A stretch of DNA of 64,000 bases, from NCBI GenBank assembly GCA_902785935.1, contig CADAAN010000001.1, positions 88,900 to 152,899 of the forward strand, written 5' to 3'. How positions within the stretch are numbered: position 1 is the stretch's first letter; the number at the start of each line of letters is the position of its first letter. Shown here one piece after another: positions 1-10,945 of the stretch. The notes beneath the pieces were generated by a model, which saw only the letters and a program-made list of their open reading frames with translations, searched no databases and was not told where the DNA came from. A program made the position numbers and the translations under genes. This DNA comes from an uncultured Pseudomonadota bacterium (GTDB lineage Bacteria > Pseudomonadota > Alphaproteobacteria > RF32 > CAG-239).

Positions 1-929
1 GCAATAATTTTTGTTTGTCCGCGACGGTTAAAATTTCCGATTAAAAGCCCTGTACAGGCAATCAAAGCAAAAACAAGATTATACCATGGTGTTGTAATGC
101 GCCGATTACCTTCAACAATGTGTTTACGTTGATCTGCAACAGATAAATTTGTGTCTCCGCCGGCATTTAATAACTGTAAAAGCGATTTTTCGCGCACGCT
201 TGCCGGCTTTAAGCCGCTTTTACCAAACGCTCCTAAATCAACTGAATAGCGCTCAAATTTTAATGATGTAAAACGCGAACTTTCAACATCAATTTCTTGT
301 CTGACACCATTAACAAGGATAATACGCGGATGATCATCCTTATATAAAATACGCCCTCTTTCGGCCGATAAAGTCACTTTTTGTTTGGGATTAGTTTCAT
401 CACTGAGCAAAATACCCGAAACAGAACCATCTTTTTCATGCTTTGTAATAAATACAGTCAAATTTTCTTTTAAACTGGTAAATTCACCTTCGCGAAACAT
501 CAGATGCGAGACATTATTTCTGATTTCCCATTCAAGCCGACGAAAAGCCCCTTCTGCTTTCGGAATACCTATATTTTGAACATAAATACTGAAAAATGAA
601 AGCACAATACCAATAAAAAACGCCCCTGCGGCATTTTTCAGCGGGCTGATACCCGAAGCTTGCATAATCACAAGCTCCCTGTCTGATAAAAGCCTGTTGT
701 ATACAAACAGTACTGCCGCAAAAACCGCAATCGGAGACAAAAGACTGAAAAGCTGCGGCATTAAAAGTGTTGTCAGCTCAACAAAAAGCCTGAGCGGCAA
801 ACCTTTGTTTGTCACCATTTCAACAAATCTCAGTGATTGTGTAAGCCAAAGCATGGACAATAACGAAAAAACAACCAGCAAAAAACCACTGAAAATTTGC
901 GATGATATGTATCTTGTTAATTTTTTCAT
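1..929 (-). CDS. LPS export ABC transporter permease, LptF/LptG (YjgP/YjgQ) family; partial, C-terminus lies beyond window start
   Basis: Open minus-strand frame from ATG at 929 running off the window (absent from the ORF track because it is incomplete). N-terminus MKKLTRYISSQIFSGFLLVVFSLLSMLWLTQSL and multi-TM pattern typical of LptF/G. Confidence 0.6.
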   Translation of the reverse strand, partial: MKKLTRYISSQIFSGFLLVVFSLLSMLWLTQSLRFVEMVTNKGLPLRLFVELTTLLMPQLFSLLSPIAVFAAVLFVYNRLLSDRELVIMQASGISPLKNAAGAFFIGIVLSFFSIYVQNIGIPKAEGAFRRLEWEIRNNVSHLMFREGEFTSLKENLTVFITKHEKDGSVSGILLSDETNPKQKVTLSAERGRILYKDDHPRIILVNGVRQEIDVESSRFTSLKFERYSVDLGAFGKSGLKPASVREKSLLQLLNAGGDTNLSVADQRKHIVEGNRRITTPWYNLVFALIACTGLLIGNFNRRGQTKII

Positions 930-1001
930 GAAATGTAATATACATCAAGCTAAAATATAAAAAAACAACAATCTGCCATTACTTCACAGATTATTTATCA
1001 T

Positions 1002-1601
1002 TCAGTATTCAAAAATCGATGTGCTGTCTTTGACATACATGTTCAAATATTGCTCAATATTTTCTTGCATTTTCGTATTATAATCATTCATCAGTTTTTG
1101 AACCATTTCATGCCAATATTTTTCTTTTTGTTCAAGCGGTGTATCAATCGGTATACCAAGCTCGCGCCACGCTTCGATTGAAGTTTGTGCGGTAGAACCG
1201 TTTGCATCAACAACCTTCAAAACCGTTGATAATGTTGCACGATATTTCAGGCTGTCTTTATGAAAAAGATCTTTTGCTTTTTCTTCCGTTTCAGTCACAG
1301 ATGCATCTTTAATCACAAATTCTGCCGTACGATTAACGCTGAAATCAACGGCTTGCAGGCGATCTGTCGCCCAAACTCTGGCAGCTCGTTCAAGCGAAAC
1401 GGGAAAGAGGTGTTCAACATTCGGCTTTGTAAACGAGGGCGAAAATTCGGATGTAATATCAATTTTATTGACCAAAAGCTCTATCTTCGGCTCATTATTA
1501 AAGCGCGGTTCAAGATAGCGCTTGGGTTCAGCGGTCTCTTTTTGTGAGGCACAGGCGCTGAGCAACATCACAAACGCTAACAAAATATGCTTCAACGACA
1601 T
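1002..1601 (-). CDS. hypothetical lipoprotein (signal peptide with LSAC lipobox)
   Basis: 199-aa ORF; N-terminal MSLKHILLAFVMLLSAC lipoprotein signal; no confident family recognised. Confidence 0.45.
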   Translation of the reverse strand: MSLKHILLAFVMLLSACASQKETAEPKRYLEPRFNNEPKIELLVNKIDITSEFSPSFTKPNVEHLFPVSLERAARVWATDRLQAVDFSVNRTAEFVIKDASVTETEEKAKDLFHKDSLKYRATLSTVLKVVDANGSTAQTSIEAWRELGIPIDTPLEQKEKYWHEMVQKLMNDYNTKMQENIEQYLNMYVKDSTSIFEY

Positions 1602-1658
1602 TTTTAAGTTCCTTTTGCTTTTATTTGCATTAATAATGCTTTTATTACAAAAAACAAA

Positions 1659-2600
1659 TTATTGCAAGCATTTTTCTTTCAAATGAAGTTCCGAGCGTTT
1701 AAAAACATACTTTTGGCCGCAAAAATGACAGGTTGCTTCAATATTGCCTTGGTCATCTGCCATATCATCCAAATCTTTTGGGTCGAAAGAAGAAAGCGTG
1801 TTTTTTAGTTTTTCTTTATTGCAACGGCAACCAAAAACAAATTCTTTTTGAGCACTGATTTTAAGTTTGTTTGAATGGAATAGTCTTTCTAAAATTTCTT
1901 CGTTCGAAAGAGCGGTATCAAACACTTCTTGAGGCTTTAAGCTTTCAATAAATGCACCCGTATCTTCCCATACAAGGTTCATTTTTTCTTCATCCGTATC
2001 AATATCTTTACCGCCTTTTAACGGTACTTTTTGCAAAATAATACCTGCCGACAAAAAGCCTTCACCTTCTGTTTGAGGCCTTTGCAAAAATAGCTTTAAA
2101 TGTGTATCGATTTGCTCTGAATTTTTGAAATATCTTAAAGCAAGCTCGCTTAAATTTTTACCTTTAAGGTCAACAACGCCCTGATAAGGCGGCGTACCAT
2201 TTAACCCATCAACAGTCATAGCCATATATCCGCCACCGACAAGATGCGGCGTTTGCTCAATAATGTCCTGCGTTTTGCGCAAAGTTTTGGCTTTATTTAA
2301 TTGTTCTTCATTAAACTTAGCACAAGCACGAATCTGAGCGTTTGCCGTCACGTCGATCACTAAAAGCGAAACGGGTCCGTTTCCTTGAATTTGAAGTGTA
2401 AAAAGCCCGTCAAATTTAAGCATAGCCGAGCAAAGAGCTGCAAGCGTCGTTGTTTCCGCAAGCGCATTTGAAACATTAAGCGGATATTGATGATTGTTTA
2501 AAATGGTATTTAAGACCTTATCCAAGCGCACAAAACGCCCCATCAAAGCCCCGTCTTCAAGATAAAATGATACACATTGGTCAAAATTTTTGTTTTCCAA
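1659..2600 (-). CDS. hslO: redox-regulated chaperone Hsp33
   Basis: 313 aa; C-terminal zinc centre CRC...CHFC (C-x-C...C-x-x-C) and overall Hsp33 layout. Confidence 0.85.
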   Translation of the reverse strand: MENKNFDQCVSFYLEDGALMGRFVRLDKVLNTILNNHQYPLNVSNALAETTTLAALCSAMLKFDGLFTLQIQGNGPVSLLVIDVTANAQIRACAKFNEEQLNKAKTLRKTQDIIEQTPHLVGGGYMAMTVDGLNGTPPYQGVVDLKGKNLSELALRYFKNSEQIDTHLKLFLQRPQTEGEGFLSAGIILQKVPLKGGKDIDTDEEKMNLVWEDTGAFIESLKPQEVFDTALSNEEILERLFHSNKLKISAQKEFVFGCRCNKEKLKNTLSSFDPKDLDDMADDQGNIEATCHFCGQKYVFKRSELHLKEKCLQ

Positions 2601-2670
2601 AACGATATTCCTTGTTATAATACAAATACTTTAACACCTATTTAGTTTAATTTGAAAGATTTTTCAAGAG

Positions 2671-3222
2671 ATGATTGAAGACACGCTGAAAAAAACAAAA
2701 CCAAAGCCAAAAAAAATAACAAAATCAAGGCTTAAAAATATCGGTCTTTATTATCTTGAGCGTTTTGAAAGCTCTACAAAAAACCTCAAAGATGTCTTAA
2801 AGCGTCGTGTTGATAAATATGCTTATCAAAATCCGGAATTTAACAAAGACGAAGCATACGGGTTTGTTGATGAAATTGTTTGTGAATTTGAAAATTCAGG
2901 CTATGTCAGCGACACGCGTTTTGCCGAGCTCAAAGTCAGAGATTATTTGTCCGCCGGAAAATCCGCTCGTTATATCAAGACAAAATTAAAATCGAAAGGC
3001 ATTGACGAATCATCCGTTGATGCTTTAATTGACGCACAAGATTATGATCCGAAATCCGCAGCTTTAAGGCTTGCGCAAAAAAAACACATCGGCCCTTTCA
3101 GAATAAATGAGGATGACAGAAAACTTAATATGAAAAAAGATTTGGGGATACTTTTAAGAGCGGGCTTTGATTATGACACAATCACGGATATTTTAGCCAT
3201 AACTTTTGAAAACGGAGAATAA
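2671..3222 (+). CDS. recX: RecX-like regulatory protein
   Basis: 183 aa, basic N-terminus followed by helical repeats resembling RecX; divergent from hslO. Confidence 0.5.
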   Translation: MIEDTLKKTKPKPKKITKSRLKNIGLYYLERFESSTKNLKDVLKRRVDKYAYQNPEFNKDEAYGFVDEIVCEFENSGYVSDTRFAELKVRDYLSAGKSARYIKTKLKSKGIDESSVDALIDAQDYDPKSAALRLAQKKHIGPFRINEDDRKLNMKKDLGILLRAGFDYDTITDILAITFENGE

Positions 3223-3224
3223 CC

Positions 3225-4535
3225 ATGAAAATCGCAATTATCGGAACAGGATATGTCGGCTTACCGAGTGGCATCGGATTTGCTAGTTTAGGGCATAACG
3301 TTGTTTGTATCGATAAAGATGAAAACAAAATCAAAAATTTACAAGAGGGTCGGTTAACTTTATACGAAGACGGCCTTCAGGATTTGTTTTTAAAAGTTCT
3401 TCAAAACGGTCGATTAAAACTGACGACTTCAACTCAAGCCGTTAAAGATGCCGATATTGTCATTTTGGCTGTCGGAACGCCGCCCCACCCCGAAACGGGT
3501 GAGGCCGATTTGCGCTATATTTATGCCGCGGCTGAAGAATTAGCCCCTCATTTAACGGGTTATACCGTTATTGCCGATAAATCAACCGTTCCCGTCGGCA
3601 CGGGAGATATGGTTGAAAAAATCATTGCAAAAAACAACAAAAATGCGGATTTTGATGTGGTTTCGCTGCCTGAATTTTTGCGTGAAGGCTTTGCTCTTCA
3701 TGATTTTTTTCATCCTGACAGAGTGGTTGTCGGCGCAAATAAACCTCGCGCATGTGAGGTAATTAAAAATCTTTATGCATCATTTGAAGATAAAATCAAT
3801 ATGATTTTTGTATCGCGTCCGTCTGCTGAAACAATTAAATATGCCTCAAATGCATTTTTAGCGATGAAGATTCATTATATCAATGAAATGGCAGATTTTT
3901 GCGAAAAATCAGGTGCAAATATCAACGAAGTCGCGCTTGGAATGGGGCTTGACAGCCGTATCGGCAACAAATTTTTGAATGCCGGCCCCGGTTACGGCGG
4001 AAGCTGTTTTCCGAAGGATACTTTAGCCATGTCCTTAATGGCTGAAAAATACGGCGTTGAAATGAGCCTTATCAACAGGACAATTGCCGGCAATAAAGAA
4101 CGTAAAATCAAAATGGCTGAGCGAATTTTATCTTCTGTTCAAAATATTAAAAATCCTAAAATCGGCGTCTTGGGTCTGGCATTTAAAAACGGGACGGACG
4201 ATGTGCGCGAAAGTCCGGCCATAGAGATTATATCACAAATGCTCAAATTCAACAAAAATATTAATATAACAGCCTTTGATTATCAAGCAAATGAAAATGC
4301 AAAGAAGATTTTGGACAATCAAATCAACTATGCCTCATCGCCAGAAAATGTCTTTGACAACGCGGATGTTGTTGCTGTTTTGACCGAATGGAAAGAATTT
4401 AAAACGCTCGATTTTGAAAAATTGTCTGCAAAAATGCACACAAAACGAATTGTTGATTTGCGCAACATCTTAGATGAAGACAAACTTAAAAATCTCGGAT
4501 TTGAATACTCTAAAATAGGGAGTTTTCAAAAATAA
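3225..4535 (+). CDS. nucleotide-sugar dehydrogenase (UDP-glucose 6-dehydrogenase family)
   Basis: 436 aa; N-terminal Rossmann MKIAIIGTGYVGLPSG, catalytic GGSCFPKD motif. Confidence 0.8.
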   Translation: MKIAIIGTGYVGLPSGIGFASLGHNVVCIDKDENKIKNLQEGRLTLYEDGLQDLFLKVLQNGRLKLTTSTQAVKDADIVILAVGTPPHPETGEADLRYIYAAAEELAPHLTGYTVIADKSTVPVGTGDMVEKIIAKNNKNADFDVVSLPEFLREGFALHDFFHPDRVVVGANKPRACEVIKNLYASFEDKINMIFVSRPSAETIKYASNAFLAMKIHYINEMADFCEKSGANINEVALGMGLDSRIGNKFLNAGPGYGGSCFPKDTLAMSLMAEKYGVEMSLINRTIAGNKERKIKMAERILSSVQNIKNPKIGVLGLAFKNGTDDVRESPAIEIISQMLKFNKNINITAFDYQANENAKKILDNQINYASSPENVFDNADVVAVLTEWKEFKTLDFEKLSAKMHTKRIVDLRNILDEDKLKNLGFEYSKIGSFQK

Positions 4536-4644
4536 TCATGTGGTGTAAAATTGTAATTTTGATAAATCGTCATATTTTATTTGACGAAACAAAATATTTA
4601 AGCTATGACAGTAAATCATAAATTCATTTTTGAAAGGTAAAATT

Positions 4645-5124
4645 ATGGCATTTAAAAATAAAAAAGAACCGCAACAACAGGCAAACGAGGCATCAGAACC
4701 TCAGGTTTCGCTCTTAATTAACAGTCAGTATATCAAAGACTTGTCGCTTGAAATTCCGCATGCACCACAAGTTTTTAAGAAGATGAGCAAACAACCCTCG
4801 CTTAAAGTTGACGTTAATGTTGCAACACAAAAAATTGAAGAAAACGGATACACCGTTGATTTGAATATTGCATTAAATGCTGATACGGTTGATGAAAAGC
4901 TGTTTATTTTAGAGCTGACATATTCTGCTTTTGTTACTTTGAACGCTCCTGAAGAACATCTTGAACCGATTTTAAATATTGAAATTCCGAGATTGACCTT
5001 CCCGTTTGCACGCAACGTGATTGCTCAGTGTTTGATGGAAAGCGGACTTCCGCCGATTATGATGAATCCGATTGATTTTGCGGCACTTTACAGTGCACGC
5101 CTTGCACAAAAGGGGAGCAATTAG
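4645..5124 (+). CDS. secB: protein-export chaperone SecB
   Basis: ~160 aa, MAFKNKKEPQQQANE..., SecB length and pattern; start moved to the ATG at 4645 (the ORF track starts at an upstream TTG); AAGG RBS upstream. Confidence 0.7.
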   Translation: MAFKNKKEPQQQANEASEPQVSLLINSQYIKDLSLEIPHAPQVFKKMSKQPSLKVDVNVATQKIEENGYTVDLNIALNADTVDEKLFILELTYSAFVTLNAPEEHLEPILNIEIPRLTFPFARNVIAQCLMESGLPPIMMNPIDFAALYSARLAQKGSN

Positions 5125-5127
5125 ACC

Positions 5128-5598
5128 TTGCGTTTAGCGCTTTTTCAACCGGATATTGCACAAAATACAGGCACGCTTTTAAGGTTATCGGCGTGCCTTG
5201 ATTTGCCGATGGATATCATAGAACCATGCGGTTTTTTGTTTAATGATAAGGGCTTAAAGCGTGCGGGTATGGATTATCTTGAATTTGCAAATTACAGACG
5301 CCATGCATCATGGGACGATTTTTTAAGCTATCGCGCAGAGCATCAAAAAGATTATGGGCGTATCATTTTATTAACAACGCACGCAAGCCGTCCGTACACG
5401 GATTTTTGTTTTGAAAAAAACGATATTATTCTGATGGGACGTGAAAGTGCCGGTGTACCTGAAATTGTACACCAAACGGCCGATGCCAGACTTTTAATCC
5501 CGATGAACAAAAATGCACGTTCAATCAATGTTGCATTATCCGCCGTAATGGTTGTCGGTGAGGCTTTAAGACAAACAAACCTCTTTCCAAAACCTTAA
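5128..5598 (+). CDS. trmL: tRNA (cytidine/uridine-2'-O)-methyltransferase TrmL (SpoU family)
   Basis: 156 aa, strong similarity to TrmL N-terminus (LFQPDIAQNTGTLLRLSACLDLPMDIIEPCGF); TTG start. Confidence 0.75.
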   Translation: MRLALFQPDIAQNTGTLLRLSACLDLPMDIIEPCGFLFNDKGLKRAGMDYLEFANYRRHASWDDFLSYRAEHQKDYGRIILLTTHASRPYTDFCFEKNDIILMGRESAGVPEIVHQTADARLLIPMNKNARSINVALSAVMVVGEALRQTNLFPKP

Positions 5599-5608
5599 AA
5601 TCAGATAA

Positions 5609-6145
5609 ATATATGATGTATATATCGGTTTTAAAAATGCGGCTTTTCAGGATGATAGGAAGATAACAAATGCCGAGCTTCCGGCTAACTTGAAACAAAT
5701 CGGACATGCGGCTTTTTACAATACAAGCATCGAATATTTTGCAATTCCGGAGGGATTTAAAAAAAATAATAGCTCTGATTATCAATTGTCAAACAACACT
5801 CATCAGCTCGGAAGTGTTGCACTCAAAGGTATTATTATTGATAGGGATGCGTATTTTGACAAAGATATGCTCTTAGGGGCAAATTTATCAAACATCGAAT
5901 CGATTTATTGCGAAAAATCAAATATAAATTGTCAATCACTCAAAGATGATAACGACTTAAAGAATAAGCTTATTCTTTATGATAAGCAAAGCGACGGCAA
6001 TTCTATGTTAAAATGTAATGGTAAAACCTATCAAAGTATTAATGACCTCTTAAAAGGCAATTATGACGTACGCCGAATCTATACCATTGAAGAAGCCAAC
6101 TTTGTCGCCGGTGAAAAAAATACTTTTTCAATAAGGTACAGATAA
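5609..6145 (+). pseudogene. 5'-truncated remnant of a BspA-type LRR protein carrying the conserved KIRYR C-terminal tail
   Basis: Open frame begins directly after a stop at 5606-5608 with no signal peptide; contains BspA-like LRR motif (IGHAAFYNTSIEYFAIPEG) and ends RRIYTIEEANFVAGEKNTFSIRYR, the tail shared with five other loci. Confidence 0.5.
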
Positions 6146-6212
6146 TTTTTTAACTGTTTGATTTTTCAGTAAAAAATATAAAATGTTTCACGTGAAACAT
6201 CTTAAAAACAGG

Positions 6213-7556
6213 TTATTTTCCGATGCAAAATGAAGAAAATATCTTATCTAAAATTTCATTAACTTCAATTCTGCCCGTGATTTTACCAATAGCACGGGCG
6301 GCAATACGAATATCTTCTGCCCCAAGTTCAATCGGCTTTTCAAAACTAAACCTGTCCAAATTTTCCAAACACTCTTCAAGCGCTTCACGATAGCGAGCCC
6401 GCGTCATCAGATATCCGTTTTGAGAACCTATGCCTGTTTTGATTTTTTGCGTAATCGCTTCAAAAACTTCTTTAAGACCTGCTTTTGTTTTGGCAGAAAT
6501 GAGATAACAACCCTCATTTTTTAATTTAGAACATTGTTCATCTGTCAATATATCTGACTTATTTGCTAAATATAAAATCTTATTTTGAATATCTTTCGGC
6601 AAACTTAAAAATATTTGTTTTGTACTTTGTGTTCCGTCAAAAACAGCTAAAATAAAATCAGCTTCATTCATTTTTTGATAAGCGATCTCAATCCCTTGTT
6701 TTTCAATTATATCTTCTGTCTTCCGAAGACCGGCCGTATCGGTGAGTATGACAGGATAACCATTGACATCCAGATGAATATCTATTGCATCGCGCGTTGT
6801 CCCCGCAATATCCGATACAATTACAGCTTTTCTATCTGTAATAGCATTAATTAAGCTTGATTTACCGGCATTTGTCGGTCCAATAATCGCAACCTTAAAA
6901 CCGTCACGCAATCGCTCACCGATATTTGCATTTTGAATATGATTTCTGATATCTGTTTTAAGTTTAAATACAGTGTTCAAATTTTGTTCAATGACTTCTT
7001 TTGAAATTTCTTCATCCGGAAAATCAATATATGCTTCTAAGTAGGCGTAAATCCTCAAAAGTTCTTCTCTCCAACCTTCATAAAGATTTTTTAAGTTACC
7101 TGACATTTGCAAAACAGCCTGCCTTTGCTGTTCTGATGTTTCAGCATCAATCAAATCGGCAAGACCTTCCGCCTCGGTCAAATCCATTTTTTGGTGATAA
7201 AATGCACGTTTTGAAAACTCTCCAGCTTCAGCCGTTCTGAAATCAGCAATCATTGATAAGCTTTCTAAAACAGAGCTTAAAACAGCCTTTGAGCCATGCG
7301 TTTGAATTTCAACAATATCTTCACCCGTAAAAGAATTTGGCGCCTTAAAATATAAAACAAGGCCTTCATCCAAAATTTTATGCGTTTTTGCGTGATATAT
7401 TTTTGAAAAATAAGCATGTCTCGGTGTTATTTTTAAAACATCAATATCCGTCATTTTTTGAATCGCATCAAGCGCATTTTTACCTGAAATTCTGACAACG
7501 GCAACACCTGATTTTCCATAAACCGTCGAAAGCGCATATATCGTATGACCACACAT
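6213..7556 (-). CDS. mnmE: tRNA modification GTPase MnmE (TrmE)
   Basis: 447 aa, G-domain motifs (GPTNAGKSSL), C-terminal CIGK. Confidence 0.9.
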   Translation of the reverse strand: MCGHTIYALSTVYGKSGVAVVRISGKNALDAIQKMTDIDVLKITPRHAYFSKIYHAKTHKILDEGLVLYFKAPNSFTGEDIVEIQTHGSKAVLSSVLESLSMIADFRTAEAGEFSKRAFYHQKMDLTEAEGLADLIDAETSEQQRQAVLQMSGNLKNLYEGWREELLRIYAYLEAYIDFPDEEISKEVIEQNLNTVFKLKTDIRNHIQNANIGERLRDGFKVAIIGPTNAGKSSLINAITDRKAVIVSDIAGTTRDAIDIHLDVNGYPVILTDTAGLRKTEDIIEKQGIEIAYQKMNEADFILAVFDGTQSTKQIFLSLPKDIQNKILYLANKSDILTDEQCSKLKNEGCYLISAKTKAGLKEVFEAITQKIKTGIGSQNGYLMTRARYREALEECLENLDRFSFEKPIELGAEDIRIAARAIGKITGRIEVNEILDKIFSSFCIGK

Positions 7557-7558
7557 TT

Positions 7559-7846
7559 TTATATCCTTTCAAAAATACCGTCTGTAATCGGCGGTAAAAA
7601 ATAATTTGTCACCTTTGGTAAAAACTCAATACCGTCAACTCTTGACCATAACGGACCCTTGCGACATAAGGCGATTATTTCTTCAACATCTACTTCCTTA
7701 CCTTTGACCAAAACCTCAACAGAACCATCCTCGGCATTTCGTACCCAGCCGGAAAGGCCGCCGATTTTTTTAGCCGAATTTAACACAAAGCGCCGAAATC
7801 CGACGCCTTGTACACGACCTTTGATTTTAAAATAAATTTCATGCAT
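7559..7846 (-). CDS. acyP: acylphosphatase
   Basis: 95 aa; GRVQGVGFR and GWVRN signatures. Confidence 0.75.
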   Translation of the reverse strand: MHEIYFKIKGRVQGVGFRRFVLNSAKKIGGLSGWVRNAEDGSVEVLVKGKEVDVEEIIALCRKGPLWSRVDGIEFLPKVTNYFLPPITDGIFERI

Positions 7847-10008
7847 TATTTTTTATTTTTACCGCTGTTTCCGGTCAATAAATTAAACATACCTTTCGCC
7901 GCACCACCAACCAAATCGGCACTGCCGCCGACAACGGCACCGGCCGCACCTGTCACGGCATCAATACCGCCGGTTACGGCATTTGATGTACCTTGATAAG
8001 CATTTTGCGCACCGGCTTTAACACCTTTAGGTGCCTCAAACATATCTGAATACACTGTATCTTTTAAGGCTGTATAACACGGAGCCGGATCTGCATCAAG
8101 CAAAAGTTGAGAACCTAAATACATAGGACCCGTCATTGCAACACCAACCACATTTTTAACCACGGATGCCGTATCCACCGCAATACCCGGATTTGAAACC
8201 GTACCGCCTATTTTAATCAGTGATGACAGGGCTTGTGCAATATTTGTATCTGTCAAGTTGCCGTTAAAAGGCTTAATCGCAATATCGATTTTATCGTTTT
8301 TCAAATTGATATTACCGTCACCGACAATCAACATTTTTTTAGAATCAAAAACAATACCTTTCGGAAACGTTGCCATGCCGTTTTTGAAATCCGCACGCAA
8401 AACTGCACATTTTAACGACATTTTCGGATCTTTTGCCTCAATACTCAAAGCCGATAAAAGCTGCGTTATAAAATTGCCTTTCAAATATTTCATCGCACCG
8501 GCACGAAGTCTTGATTTTTCCATAACAAACAAAACTTGTCCGTCAAGATTTTCTACCAATTTCGGATATGTTTCACCGCTTGTTTTAAGTACAATATTGA
8601 TATCTGTTCTGCCGCCCTCTAAAACGCCGAAATTTGATGTTCCGCTCGGATCTAACGACTTAATAAAATCCTGTGCCACAATACCTTTGCCACCTAAATT
8701 AATGTCAAATATATTCCCATTACCGTTAACAGTTACATATCCCGAAACAACACCTCCGCCTGCCGTAAAACTTAAAGGATTTAAGCTTAAAACACCGTTT
8801 TTCAAATCAGCGGTTGTCACAACATCCGAAATTGAAATATCCTCATTAACAATAAGCTGTTTAATATCAGCTTTGATATTGGCATTAACAGTGTTCAATG
8901 CCGATAAATCAAGGTTTTCATTTGGTACAAATTTTGCCGCATTTGCAGAACTTATCAGCTCAAAATAAGCTGTTTTTTGTGTGTTTTGAAGCTTTGTTAA
9001 ATCAATTAAATTGCTTTTAATACTGCCGTTAATTACAGGTCTTGATCCAGAAATATCTGCATTTATTAAACCTGAAATCACATTACCGCCGAAATCAAGC
9101 TTTGAAATATCTGCTTTTATCTTTTGTAAATTGCCTGAAACTTTACCGATAAAATCCGTTTTAGGTAAATCAAAATTACCTTTCGGCGATGATAAACTTA
9201 AATCACTTTCAAAGCTCAAATCACCTGTTAAATCATTAAGAAGCGCCTTTGCTTTTAACATTGCACCATACGCTTTTGTATCAAGCGTAATATGATAGGG
9301 TTTATTTTCAAGAATTGTATTAACAGAATCACCTGTTGCTGTACCTTTGATTTCATCACCGTTAAAAATAACATCAAAAATTAAATCAATATCATCATTA
9401 TTATCTTGAGCTTCCAATTCAAAATTTTTAATTGTCACGGCTGTTTTGGTATCGGATTTTTCGTCCGTATAATTGATAATTCCGTTTTTAATATTGATTC
9501 TTTGAGCAAAAAAGCTTGCAAGAAAAGGCGCCGCGGCACCGTTGACTTCTTCTTTTTCTTGTTTTTCTTCTTTTACTTCTTGCTCTTCGTTTTCATTTTT
9601 CTCACCCGGTTTTTCAAAAATCCAGTTTGCAACGCCATCTTTATTAACAGCTAAATTAACCACCGGGTCAATCACATTAATTTCACCAATTTCGATTTCT
9701 TTATCCAAAAGCGGTAAAATCGCGAGCGAAACATCGGCTTCTTTAATGCTAATCATATCTTTTTTCTTCGCCCAAGATGCATTTTCAAACACGGCATTTT
9801 GAATAGCTACTGTCGGAATAAGCGAAATTTTAAGTTTGATATCGCCGTTTAACGCAAGTTTTCGACCCGTTTGTTCATAAACGATTTTTTCAATCTTCGG
9901 CTTATACTCATTTAAATCAAATTGGCTGATAAAAATCACAACACCGATAATTGCCGCAACAACAACAAACGATATAATTCCCAAAATCCACTTCAAAACC
10001 TTGTTCAT
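7846..10008 (-). CDS. AsmA family outer-membrane assembly protein
   Basis: Start moved to internal MNKVLKWILGIISFVVVAAIIGVVIF (TM anchor), which avoids overlap with the upstream gene; N-terminal region resembles AsmA. Confidence 0.7.
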   Translation of the reverse strand: MNKVLKWILGIISFVVVAAIIGVVIFISQFDLNEYKPKIEKIVYEQTGRKLALNGDIKLKISLIPTVAIQNAVFENASWAKKKDMISIKEADVSLAILPLLDKEIEIGEINVIDPVVNLAVNKDGVANWIFEKPGEKNENEEQEVKEEKQEKEEVNGAAAPFLASFFAQRINIKNGIINYTDEKSDTKTAVTIKNFELEAQDNNDDIDLIFDVIFNGDEIKGTATGDSVNTILENKPYHITLDTKAYGAMLKAKALLNDLTGDLSFESDLSLSSPKGNFDLPKTDFIGKVSGNLQKIKADISKLDFGGNVISGLINADISGSRPVINGSIKSNLIDLTKLQNTQKTAYFELISSANAAKFVPNENLDLSALNTVNANIKADIKQLIVNEDISISDVVTTADLKNGVLSLNPLSFTAGGGVVSGYVTVNGNGNIFDINLGGKGIVAQDFIKSLDPSGTSNFGVLEGGRTDINIVLKTSGETYPKLVENLDGQVLFVMEKSRLRAGAMKYLKGNFITQLLSALSIEAKDPKMSLKCAVLRADFKNGMATFPKGIVFDSKKMLIVGDGNINLKNDKIDIAIKPFNGNLTDTNIAQALSSLIKIGGTVSNPGIAVDTASVVKNVVGVAMTGPMYLGSQLLLDADPAPCYTALKDTVYSDMFEAPKGVKAGAQNAYQGTSNAVTGGIDAVTGAAGAVVGGSADLVGGAAKGMFNLLTGNSGKNKK

Positions 10009-10012
10009 TTTA

Positions 10013-10945
10013 TTATTTCTCCTTAAAATTAAAACCGAGTGATTTGATATCTGCCATAAAATAATCAGGAATTTTAGCTTTGACAACAGTTTTTTTATTT
10101 AATACGTCAGATAAATCAATTTTATAACTGTGCAGGTGTAATTTTAAGCTCAAATTTGCCTTTTTTGCATCTTCACGTCGGCCGTATTTTGTATCTCCGA
10201 CAATCGGCAGGCCGATGTGTGCCAAATGCACTCTGATTTGATGTGTCCTGCCCGTTAAAGGTTCTGCTTCAACCAAACAGAATTTTTGCCCGATATTATC
10301 CAAAATTCTGTAATTTGTAACAGCTTTTTGTCCGTCTTCTACAACCACCATCTTTTCACCAATTTTTTCAAGCGGTGCTTTGATTTGGCCTTCATTTGAT
10401 TTTGCACAGCCGGCACAAAGAGCTAAATATGTTTTTTTGATTTTATGTGTTCTGAAAGCTTCTGTCAAAGCAAGTGTTGATTTTCTGTTTTTTCCTAAAA
10501 CCAAAATTCCGGATGTATCTTTATCGATTCGGTGTGTAAGTTTCGGCCTTTCCTGACCATCTGATTTTAAGGCATCCAAAAGACCGTCTATATGTTTTGA
10601 CTGATTTGTTCCGCCTTGAACAGCAAGTCCAGACGGTTTATTTAAGATAATTATATCATTATCTTCATAAATGACCATATTTTGTATCAATAAAGCATCA
10701 TCTTTTTTTATAAAGTTTTCTTTTTTTTGTGCCTTTTGCTCATCAAGCGGCGGAAGACGTAATTCCTGCCCTTTTAAAAGCCGTGTTGAGGTTTCGGCAC
10801 GTTTGCCGTCAACCTTGATTTGTTTTGTTCGAAGTAATTTTTGAAGATGCGATAGCGAAAGTGACGGATATTCTCGCAAAAACCAGCGATTAAGTCTTAT
10901 ACCGTCATCATCTTCTTTGATTTTTACAACCGTAACACCGGCCAT
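10013..10945 (-). CDS. RluA-family 23S rRNA pseudouridine synthase (RluC/RluD-like, S4 domain + catalytic domain)
   Basis: 310 aa; S4-like N-terminus, catalytic HRIDKDTSG motif. Confidence 0.8.
   Translation of the reverse strand: MAGVTVVKIKEDDDGIRLNRWFLREYPSLSLSHLQKLLRTKQIKVDGKRAETSTRLLKGQELRLPPLDEQKAQKKENFIKKDDALLIQNMVIYEDNDIIILNKPSGLAVQGGTNQSKHIDGLLDALKSDGQERPKLTHRIDKDTSGILVLGKNRKSTLALTEAFRTHKIKKTYLALCAGCAKSNEGQIKAPLEKIGEKMVVVEDGQKAVTNYRILDNIGQKFCLVEAEPLTGRTHQIRVHLAHIGLPIVGDTKYGRREDAKKANLSLKLHLHSYKIDLSDVLNKKTVVKAKIPDYFMADIKSLGFNFKEK

Noticed and set aside
385-960. Two plus-strand ORFs (385-579, 697-960) from the ORF track
   Set aside because: They lie antisense to a long open minus-strand frame encoding an LptF/G-family permease that runs off the window start. 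That frame is missing from the track only because it has no in-window stop. The plus-strand ORFs have no RBS or homology.
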